Below are positions 37,463-45,645 of a stretch of DNA of 64,000 nt, piece by piece. The stretch is from Candidatus Magasanikbacteria bacterium UBA922. Its GTDB lineage: Bacteria; Patescibacteriota; Patescibacteriia; Magasanikbacterales; UBA922. The notes below the pieces were generated by a model. It was not told where the DNA came from, did not search any database, and worked only from the letters and a program-made list of their open reading frames with translations. The translations under genes were made by a program, and so were the position numbers. Positions within the stretch are counted from its first letter, which is position 1; every line of letters begins with the position of its first letter. The DNA lies in assembly GCA_002293825.1 (NCBI GenBank), contig DBDW01000001.1:3314-67313 (forward strand), given 5' to 3'.

Positions 37463-38224
37463 CTAAAATTTACGCTCTTTTCCCACGACCATATCAATCC
37501 TACTTTTTGCAAGTCTAATAGTCACTTTTACCTCTTTCGTAGTCTTGCCATCTGCCTCGACCACAAATGGTTTTTTACTGGTGACTACCATTTCTTCAAA
37601 CGGAAAAATACTCGGCTCTTCAAAATCTTCTTTTTTGAACCAGCCCCCCGGAACGACCGGACGCAAAAATGCTTCGAGCTTATTATCCTGTGGATGAGCT
37701 ACATATCGACGACCTTTTCCTGTCCAAAAAAATGGTTGCAAATTGCACACGACTAATTCCATTTTTCCACTCGTACTCGACACATTGAAACGCTCGTCAT
37801 ACTGAATCGCAATAGGACTCGGAGGAATATGTAATTGCGAGACAAAATACCGATTATTTACCCATCCTACATCTAGTCTCAATCGACGACGACGTGCCAA
37901 AATATCGCACGCCTCAATACCTACGGGAATGCCCAGTACTTCCGCAATCGTATTATCCGTACCAATCGGAATAAATGCAAAAGTCACCGTATGTGATGCG
38001 ACATACGATAAAATATGACCAAAGGTAGTATCATTTCCCACAATCACCACGGTCTTTGCTCCTTTTCGCACTTCATCTTGCAACAACAAATCAGCAGAGG
38101 AGTACTGCTGAAGACGGACTATTTTGCCGGCGATCCCGTAATCGGTCAGACGTGTTTCTATCGCTTTCAAAATCGTCTCATATCGCTTGTGCTTCAAAAA
38201 GTTGTCGTAGAGATAGACATACAT
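37463..38224 (-). CDS. Diacylglycerol kinase catalytic-domain family lipid kinase (YegS/DAGK-like)
   Basis: VVIVGNDTTFGHIL (degenerate GGDGT) and IPIGTDNTIAEVLGIP (LPxGTGNDFAR-like). Confidence 0.6.
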   Translation of the reverse strand: MYVYLYDNFLKHKRYETILKAIETRLTDYGIAGKIVRLQQYSSADLLLQDEVRKGAKTVVIVGNDTTFGHILSYVASHTVTFAFIPIGTDNTIAEVLGIPVGIEACDILARRRRLRLDVGWVNNRYFVSQLHIPPSPIAIQYDERFNVSSTSGKMELVVCNLQPFFWTGKGRRYVAHPQDNKLEAFLRPVVPGGWFKKEDFEEPSIFPFEEMVVTSKKPFVVEADGKTTKEVKVTIRLAKSRIDMVVGKERKF

Positions 38225-38260
38225 ACTCGCCGTGAATTACACGTAAGGCGTGAACACGTA

Positions 38261-38746
38261 TTATAGAGCCTCTTCGGTTTCTTCAGGCAGTATTTCTACT
38301 TTTGATCGGGTTCGTGATGTGGTGCGTTTGCGATCAGCACGAATATCTTCAATTTCAATATCCGTCATGGTAACTTTTCCATGAATAATCGCACCTGATT
38401 CCACCTCGAGCACACGACAATAAATATCTCCCAAAATACGCCCACTCTCAGTAACATGCAATTTATCCTCTGCACGCACATTTCCCTTGATCTCACCCGA
38501 TACCAATGCGTCACCCGCTTTGATATTTGCAAGAATTTTAGCACCTTCCTCTACAGTCAATAATTTACCTGTCTGGACATTTCCAGATACCGTTCCTTTT
38601 ACCAAAATATTTCCTTCTGAAGAAAAATCTCCCTCGACCACCACCGACGGACCCACGACCGTCTCGATTTCATCATGGTGAGTACGTGGAGTGTTCACTG
38701 GTTGAGGAGCTTGTGGTCGTTGTGGCTCGGAAGTATTTTTAAACAT
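38261..38746 (-). CDS. Bactofilin (CcmA-like polymer-forming cytoskeletal protein)
   Basis: Repetitive beta-helical G/V/I-rich core (VVEGDFSSEGNILVKGTVSGNV...) with disordered N- and C-termini. Confidence 0.8.
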   Translation of the reverse strand: MFKNTSEPQRPQAPQPVNTPRTHHDEIETVVGPSVVVEGDFSSEGNILVKGTVSGNVQTGKLLTVEEGAKILANIKAGDALVSGEIKGNVRAEDKLHVTESGRILGDIYCRVLEVESGAIIHGKVTMTDIEIEDIRADRKRTTSRTRSKVEILPEETEEAL

Positions 38747-38819
38747 AGCTACAAAATTTAAAATAAAGAGTGATTAGTATAGTGTACACGAAAATACCCT
38801 ATACAGCAAGAAAAATATC

Positions 38820-40478
38820 TTATTTCGATTTCTCAGGAATCCAGAAGCCGAATTCACTTCCCTTTCCCAATCCATCACTTTTTGCCCACACATGCCCACC
38901 ATGTGCTTCAATAAATTTCCGACATACATAGATACCCAGCCCTGTACCATTCACATTGGTACCTTTTACATTCTCGCCACGATAAAATTTCTGAAAAAAA
39001 CTCGCATGATCAGTAGTATTGAATCCCAAACCTTGATCCTGTACACGAAACGTACACCCATTACGTTCATATTCTACCCGCACCACAATTTCCTTACCAT
39101 CCGCACTATATTTGATCGCATTATCTATGTAATTAAAGACGACATGTCTCACTTTTTCAGGATCCATGTAGACAGTATCAATCTCATCTGAACGTACTGA
39201 CCGAATCGAAATACCCGCACTCTTGGCACGATCTTTCAATTCTTTCACTACACCCGTAACCAATTCATTGATACTCGACTGCTCAAATGAGAATTTAGTC
39301 CTTCCCTGCTCAATTCGAGTAATATCCAAAAATTCATCAACCAATTTTACCAAGCGTTCATTACTTTCATCCATATTAGTGAGTACAGTCTGTAATTTTT
39401 TGGTCGGCTTACCATACGCACCATCATTAATCAATTCAATATAACCTTTGATAATCGACAACGGAGTTCGGAGCTGATGTGATGCAATAGATAGAAATTC
39501 TGTTTTCTGCTGATCAAGCTCTTTGAGGCGAATGTTTGCTTTTTCGAGAGAGTGTGCGAGCCGATCTGTCTCATGTCGTTGTTCAATCTCCTTATGCACA
39601 CTCGAAATCAAAAAATATGAGAATACCAATACAAACGAATGCACAATCCCATTAATCCAAAAAGATTTAGTTGAACTTGAAGTAATAAATTGGAAAAACA
39701 AAAACAAATTAAGCATTAACACCAAACCTTCTGCAGTAATAATTTTAATATCAAGCCATTTAAACCTCAAAATTGCATATCCCGTAAAGACAGCGAGCAA
39801 CGTAGAAAATAATTGTCCAGCCCAATTGAGTTCAAAATATCCAAGCCATGGCAATATAAGATTTGTACCCATAGCAAAATTTGATCCCAAAAAATATCCC
39901 AATAAAATCATCGTAAGCTGTTTACGTGTCGTACCCGTGGTGTGTTTTCTTTTTAAGAACAAAATGATAAGGCCGATGAGAAAAAATAGTGAAACATGTG
40001 TCGCATACACGGTATACAATGGGCCAAATATAATTACACTTTCTTTATGTGCAACAGAGATAACATCAGCAATAATTAATGTGGGATGAAAACATAATGC
40101 TGCAATAATAATACTTTCGAGAGAAACCAATAACCTTTTATACAACGGAACTGGTGTATTATTCGGATAAGTCAACGTGAACAAAAAAAATGATGGTCCA
40201 GTAAACGATGCCATCATATATAAAATTCGCGCCCACAAAACCTGCCCACCAAATAAACCACTGCGATAAAACACCATCGGCAAAATCCATCCAGCCACTG
40301 AAAGAACTGCGAGTATGTACGCTCTTCCATTCCTAGTATTTCTCGCATACCGAAACAAAACCCACAATAACGATGCGTGCAATCCAAGCGAAATAAGAAC
40401 AATGATATTTCTAAAATCAAATTCAAACATAGTTGTATAGAAGTATAGCACAATTTTGCGCAGAAAAACAAAAAACAT
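38820..40478 (-). CDS. Sensor histidine kinase with multi-pass membrane N-terminal domain
   Basis: HisKA H-box LSIASHQLRTPLSIIKGYIE; HATPase_c N, G1, G2 boxes; about 6 TM helices. No response regulator gene is adjacent. Confidence 0.85.
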   Translation of the reverse strand: MFFVFLRKIVLYFYTTMFEFDFRNIIVLISLGLHASLLWVLFRYARNTRNGRAYILAVLSVAGWILPMVFYRSGLFGGQVLWARILYMMASFTGPSFFLFTLTYPNNTPVPLYKRLLVSLESIIIAALCFHPTLIIADVISVAHKESVIIFGPLYTVYATHVSLFFLIGLIILFLKRKHTTGTTRKQLTMILLGYFLGSNFAMGTNLILPWLGYFELNWAGQLFSTLLAVFTGYAILRFKWLDIKIITAEGLVLMLNLFLFFQFITSSSTKSFWINGIVHSFVLVFSYFLISSVHKEIEQRHETDRLAHSLEKANIRLKELDQQKTEFLSIASHQLRTPLSIIKGYIELINDGAYGKPTKKLQTVLTNMDESNERLVKLVDEFLDITRIEQGRTKFSFEQSSINELVTGVVKELKDRAKSAGISIRSVRSDEIDTVYMDPEKVRHVVFNYIDNAIKYSADGKEIVVRVEYERNGCTFRVQDQGLGFNTTDHASFFQKFYRGENVKGTNVNGTGLGIYVCRKFIEAHGGHVWAKSDGLGKGSEFGFWIPEKSK

Positions 40479-40544
40479 TCATCGTTCTGATAAATGTTTT
40501 TTGAGACACGCGAGCAGTTTTTTTAGAAACCGCTCACGTGAGAA

Positions 40545-41594
40545 TTAATCGTCCGGATGGTCGATCAGCTCGGCTCGAAAACCGAAACTTTTCGCCGCAT
40601 GTACGAACGAATGTTGAGAACTGAGAACTTCCCAGCCCTCGTGTCCCACCACCAGTGCCTCGAGAAGGCATCCCGGGATGTTCCATGCCTTGAATTTCGG
40701 AAGTCGTGGCACCATGGTGAACCCACCGGTGCCGACAACTGCCTTCTTCAAGATCACTCCTCGCGACCGAATGAGTCCACGGAGCGTTTCCGGGATCGGC
40801 GGATGAGTATCGTCGACGACGACAGATCCTTCCTTCAGATATGGCACGGACGGTTTGATGTCATCACCCTTTCCGGTGAGAACCATCGCAACGTCCGTGT
40901 GCATCACTTGAGAAAGATCATTTGTCTTCGTGATGTTGCCCACATCTTCGGATTGTTCGTAGCGCGGATCGAGCGCCACGACCTTACCGAAGTGATGTGA
41001 GGACGTCTCAGCGAGACGCGACCCGACGAACCCGGCTCCACCGAGAAGACCGAGGCGAACCTCTTTGGGGTTGAAACCCTGATCTTCAGCAGCTCTGAGT
41101 AGAGCGAGTGTCATGGCGTAGCAGGTACCTGTATGCCCTTCCACGAAGGGAGGGACGATCTTTCCACCCGCCTTGTTGATCCAGCTCGGAAGCCGTCCAG
41201 CAAGAGCGATTGCGCGCGCTCGCGGGAGCAGCTTCTTTGCTTTCTGCATGACCTTCAGTGCTTCTTCCGGATTTGCTTCGAATTGCTCCATCGTGAGGGT
41301 CGAACCCACGATGAAGCCGACCGTCTTCCCGTTGAGTTTGAGAAACCCAATCGGAAGAAGGTACGGAATGACCGGCTGGAGCCAACCCGGATAATACGCC
41401 CGCTGGTCGCTGTTCGTGCCGTAGACGACGAACACTACCTTGGGACGCACCACCCGTCGGACGACAGGCCACACCAGCATCCATCCAATGATCATCAGGT
41501 ACCTGAGCAGGTACCTGAATCCCCGCTTCACCCGTGCTCCAAAAGAGCGACGGGTATTATTTCTCTTTGTCTCCGTCTTCATGTCGCTCTCCAT
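40545..41594 (-). CDS. Hypothetical membrane-anchored NAD(P)-binding Rossmann-fold oxidoreductase (shikimate/quinate-dehydrogenase-like), GC-rich
   Basis: N-terminal hydrophobic helix; LGLLGGAGFVGSRLA dinucleotide-binding motif. Confidence 0.4.
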   Translation of the reverse strand: MESDMKTETKRNNTRRSFGARVKRGFRYLLRYLMIIGWMLVWPVVRRVVRPKVVFVVYGTNSDQRAYYPGWLQPVIPYLLPIGFLKLNGKTVGFIVGSTLTMEQFEANPEEALKVMQKAKKLLPRARAIALAGRLPSWINKAGGKIVPPFVEGHTGTCYAMTLALLRAAEDQGFNPKEVRLGLLGGAGFVGSRLAETSSHHFGKVVALDPRYEQSEDVGNITKTNDLSQVMHTDVAMVLTGKGDDIKPSVPYLKEGSVVVDDTHPPIPETLRGLIRSRGVILKKAVVGTGGFTMVPRLPKFKAWNIPGCLLEALVVGHEGWEVLSSQHSFVHAAKSFGFRAELIDHPDD

Positions 41595-41777
41595 TCTGCT
41601 TGGGGTAGAGATACGGTAAGTGATGTACTACCGCAGACAGATAACAAAACACATTATTTTCTTTCTGCGCTAGTCAATATACAAAATTGATCATTGTTTA
41701 TACCACACTTTCTTTTTTATTTCAAGTCCTCGACCTGTCACTTATCCACTACACTATTCCACCTTGCACACGTATTA

Positions 41778-41808
41778 CAAAAAACAGCTCATTTGAGCTG
41801 TTTTTTCA
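41778..41808. terminator. Bidirectional terminator (ACAGCTCA-TT-TGAGCTGT between A6 and T6) overlapping the VKOR stop codon
   Basis: Perfect 8 bp stem with A-run and T-run. Confidence 0.55.
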
Positions 41809-42277
41809 TATGATGAGACACGACACCTGCAAACATGGTCGCCGAAGCCAAGGCAGACAACATGCAATAAGGACAAATCGTGCGCAATACCACGAGCTGA
41901 AGATATACAAAGTACACACTCGCGATAAATCCACAAACGATAATCCCTCGAAGCACCCACCACACATGAACATTTCTCTTGAAACGCATATGTACGATAA
42001 GCACGAGTATCGTCGTGTAATACAACAGACCTATGTACGCGAGCGGAATACCTGCCACCCGCGCATAAATACTATCAAGTACAATATTACACGATCCAGA
42101 AGCACCGACCACACAATTTACCCCGCCTCCACCAAGCCCACTCATGGCATGTTGAATTGACAAATAACCTGCATCCAAAAAACCAATACTTGCAGATATC
42201 ACAATCAACCAAAAAAGCCATGACGGAATACGTGCTTCACGAACATCTGCAATAAACTGTTTGAATTGGGTAAGCAT
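41789..42277 (-). CDS. Vitamin K epoxide reductase (VKOR) family membrane protein
   Basis: CxxC in a TM helix (TICPYC), additional conserved Cys pair, four hydrophobic helices. Confidence 0.8.
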   Translation of the reverse strand: MLTQFKQFIADVREARIPSWLFWLIVISASIGFLDAGYLSIQHAMSGLGGGGVNCVVGASGSCNIVLDSIYARVAGIPLAYIGLLYYTTILVLIVHMRFKRNVHVWWVLRGIIVCGFIASVYFVYLQLVVLRTICPYCMLSALASATMFAGVVSHHMKKQLK

Positions 42278-42289
42278 AGATATAAAATA

Positions 42290-44014
42290 TTACATGTTTT
42301 CAACGGTAGTGATTCCAAGCAAATCAAAGCCATGTTCCATAGTACGCACCACTGTTTCAATCAAGGTGAGTCTGAATCGTCGCACCATTTCCTCCGAATC
42401 AAGAACCGGACACTCATGATAAAACTGATTTGCTACTTGCGAAAGTTCGAATTGATAATGTGCAATTTTTGACGGATCTTTTGCCTCGATTGCTTCATGG
42501 ACTACTCCTTCAAATTCCCCCAGCTTCATAATTACCGCTCGTTCAAATGGATTGAGAACATCAGGTACCGTCACGCTCGACACACGAATATCAGACGTAT
42601 TTTTTGCAAGAATACTTTTGAAACGTGCCACGATATAGAGTAGATACGGCCCACTATCTCCCGACGTAGAAATCGATTCCTGGACATCAAACGTAATATT
42701 GTTCACTCGTCCTGTTTTCAAAAATGCATATTTCACCGCACCCATGGACACGTTCTCAATAATGCGCTCTTTTTCCTCAGAAGATACGTTTGCTTTCGCT
42801 TCACTCGAATCCATGTGCTCTCTAATAGACATCTTCACTTCCGCAATCAAATCTTCAGCAGTTACCACGTCTCCTGTTCGTGAACTCATCTTCACACCTT
42901 TCAAATCCACCCAACCATAGGGAATGTGGAATTCTTTTCCCTTACTTTCAGGTAACGTGAATTCCAGTGTCTTGAACAAGACTTTCAAATATTCAGACTG
43001 CTCGGGACCGATGACATGATAAATTGCATCAGGATGAAATTCATCAAATTGTTTTTCTGCAAGAGCCAAATCCTTTGCTTCATATGTCGGAAGTCCCGCA
43101 CGATTGAGAAATACACGATCATGAAGATCATGCGCACTCCCTCTAAATATTACCGCACCATCACTTTTTTCAAAAATTCCATTTGCAAGGCCTTCAGACA
43201 CAATCTCAATCGCACGATCAAATACCTCTGATTCAAAATAATACCGATCAAAACGTATATCAAGTAATTGATATATTCTCTCAAGATTTTCCAGACTCCA
43301 GCTTCGTGTAGTCTCATACACGTCCGCAATCCCTGGATCTTTCTGATAAATCATTTCATTATACCGCTTAATTTCTTCTTGCGCTTTTTCATCTTTTTCA
43401 AACTGGGTCGCACCATACGCATAAGCCTTGCCAATAAATTTCATTCGTTCCGAAACAAGAACATTCTTTTTTGCAGCATCATATCCATCATCTTGCCAGT
43501 GTTCGATACCCCACAAGCATTTTGCAATATGCATACCCACATCTCCCCCATACGTCGTACGTATTACTCGATACCCCGCATACTCATGTAGACGTACCAG
43601 TGATTCTCCGAGAATTGCATTTCGAAGATGTCCGATATGAAACGCCTTATGTGTATTTGCACAAATAAATTCAATCATGATCGTACCCTGTGAATCCGCC
43701 ACGCGAGGCCTCACTCGCTCACCCAAATTCAATACCACCGACGCAAGTTCTCTATCATTCAAGAAAAAATTCACGTATGGACCAAACGCTTCAGCGCGTT
43801 CGACCAGTGTATCCTCTGTTTCTTGATTAAACTTTTCAGCGAGCCCGTTTGCAACCTCTATAGGATTTTTCTTTAATTCTTTTGCATACTGAAAAACAGG
43901 AAACGCAACATCTCCCATCTTTTTCTGTGGCGGATCAGTAAGGGTAATATACTGCTCTCCTATTCCGACAGCCTCAAGCAATCCTGCAATATGATCTCGA
44001 ACGTATCCAATCAT
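42290..44014 (-). CDS. argS: Arginine--tRNA ligase
   Basis: 574 aa class I aaRS with the HIGH motif (CANTHKAFHIGHLRN) and DALR anticodon-binding C-terminus. Confidence 0.92.
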   Translation of the reverse strand: MIGYVRDHIAGLLEAVGIGEQYITLTDPPQKKMGDVAFPVFQYAKELKKNPIEVANGLAEKFNQETEDTLVERAEAFGPYVNFFLNDRELASVVLNLGERVRPRVADSQGTIMIEFICANTHKAFHIGHLRNAILGESLVRLHEYAGYRVIRTTYGGDVGMHIAKCLWGIEHWQDDGYDAAKKNVLVSERMKFIGKAYAYGATQFEKDEKAQEEIKRYNEMIYQKDPGIADVYETTRSWSLENLERIYQLLDIRFDRYYFESEVFDRAIEIVSEGLANGIFEKSDGAVIFRGSAHDLHDRVFLNRAGLPTYEAKDLALAEKQFDEFHPDAIYHVIGPEQSEYLKVLFKTLEFTLPESKGKEFHIPYGWVDLKGVKMSSRTGDVVTAEDLIAEVKMSIREHMDSSEAKANVSSEEKERIIENVSMGAVKYAFLKTGRVNNITFDVQESISTSGDSGPYLLYIVARFKSILAKNTSDIRVSSVTVPDVLNPFERAVIMKLGEFEGVVHEAIEAKDPSKIAHYQFELSQVANQFYHECPVLDSEEMVRRFRLTLIETVVRTMEHGFDLLGITTVENM

Positions 44015-45192
44015 ACAATTTTTACAAAAAATCTCTTTCCTTTCTGAATAATATCTCCCGGATTACATCGCTCCTCGTATGAAGTAACTTTTTTGTCATT
44101 AATTTTTACTCCACCGCCTTCGATGGTACGACGTGCATCACTCGTACTCGTCGCAAATCGCGCTTCTTGCAAGACCGAAATAATATCATAGGCACTCGGC
44201 TTCAATTCAGGAATTTCAGTTGGGATTTCTTTTTTTGCAAATGTTGCCACAAAATAATCTAGTGCTATCTGTGCATCTTTTTCACTATGATAAAAACGAA
44301 CCAATTCACTCGCAAGTTTCAATTTGTAATCACGAGGATTCTGACCAGTCTTCATATCGGTCTCATACTGTTGAACCGTACTCATCGGCACCCGTGTCAT
44401 GTAGATAAAATACGGAATGATGAGCGAATCTGGAATGCTCATAATTTTCCCAAACATGTCGTGTGGTGCATCATTCAAATTTACAGTATTACCCCAGCTC
44501 GAACTCATCTTGCGCCCATCAGTTCCTGCAACCAATGGATTCATAATAATATCCTGAGGTCTCTGTCCGTATCTTTCCTGCAACGTTCTACCTGCAAGCA
44601 GATTGAACCTTTGATCCGTGCCTCCGAGCTCGACATCCGCTTTTACCGCCACTGAATCATACCCCTGCATCAATGGATACAACACTTCACGCAATGATAC
44701 ACGAGTTCCTGCTTCCAACCGACGACGGATGTTATCGCGCGCAATAAATTCTGCCACAGAAAACGCATCTGCTTGTTCACCAAGTTCATTATAATTAACA
44801 CTCGACAACCAGGTACTATTATACTGTACCTCGGATTTCGTGATATCAATAATTTTTCCTGCCTGCTCGACATAGCTTTTCATATTCTTCTGCACTTGCT
44901 CTCTCCCAAGCATTGGTCGCTCACTATCCTTATCCGAAGTATCCCCAATCACACCAGTAAAATCGCCCACAATAAACACCAATTGATGACCCAACTCCTG
45001 AAAATCACGCATTTTGAGCAACGGAATTGAGCGCCCTAGATGCAAATTCGGACTTGTAGGATCAATACCTAGTTTGATCCGAAGTTTTTCTCCTGATTCC
45101 AAACGTTTTCTCAGATGAGTCATGTCAATTACACTCTCTACCCCGCGCGAGAGTAATTCATCAATTTTTTTCTTGTCAGTTGAAATTTTCAT
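44011..45192 (-). CDS. tyrS: Tyrosine--tRNA ligase (with C-terminal S4 domain)
   Basis: PNLHLGR (HIGH-like), KMSSS (KMSKS), C-terminal S4-like RRTIEGGGVKINDKKV. Confidence 0.88.
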   Translation of the reverse strand: MKISTDKKKIDELLSRGVESVIDMTHLRKRLESGEKLRIKLGIDPTSPNLHLGRSIPLLKMRDFQELGHQLVFIVGDFTGVIGDTSDKDSERPMLGREQVQKNMKSYVEQAGKIIDITKSEVQYNSTWLSSVNYNELGEQADAFSVAEFIARDNIRRRLEAGTRVSLREVLYPLMQGYDSVAVKADVELGGTDQRFNLLAGRTLQERYGQRPQDIIMNPLVAGTDGRKMSSSWGNTVNLNDAPHDMFGKIMSIPDSLIIPYFIYMTRVPMSTVQQYETDMKTGQNPRDYKLKLASELVRFYHSEKDAQIALDYFVATFAKKEIPTEIPELKPSAYDIISVLQEARFATSTSDARRTIEGGGVKINDKKVTSYEERCNPGDIIQKGKRFFVKIV

Positions 45193-45241
45193 ACAGGAGA
45201 ACTATATCAGTGTACGTGGCTAAAATCAAAGAAGATAACCG

Positions 45242-45619
45242 TTATTTAATTTCACATTTCGTCTTATCTGCAAGCTGCTGAAACGATTGCTGCCCCGTAA
45301 CCATGGTTCCATCAGAAAATTTCCATGTCGGATATGATTCAATACCTGCATCATTACACACTTTGGTCTGTGACTTACTCGGTGTAGAACATTCCACATA
45401 TGGAAGCAAATCAGCTGATTTTCCAAACAATGCTTTCTGTGTCTGACAATGAGGACACCAAAATGCTCCATAGAAAATTGCACCACTATCTTTGATACAC
45501 ATTGCAAACTCATCAAATTCACCCGGCTGATTCTTCTGATACACCGATAATCCAATAATTCCTCCAAGAATGAGAAGTCCTGCAATCCACCAGATAAGCG
45601 TTGTCTTTTTTTTGTCCAT
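45242..45619 (-). CDS. Membrane-anchored thioredoxin-like protein (DsbA-like partner of VKOR)
   Basis: N-terminal TM helix; FWCPHCQ thioredoxin active site. Confidence 0.75.
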   Translation of the reverse strand: MDKKKTTLIWWIAGLLILGGIIGLSVYQKNQPGEFDEFAMCIKDSGAIFYGAFWCPHCQTQKALFGKSADLLPYVECSTPSKSQTKVCNDAGIESYPTWKFSDGTMVTGQQSFQQLADKTKCEIK

Positions 45620-45645
45620 AGAGTAACAAGATTAAAAATGTATAA

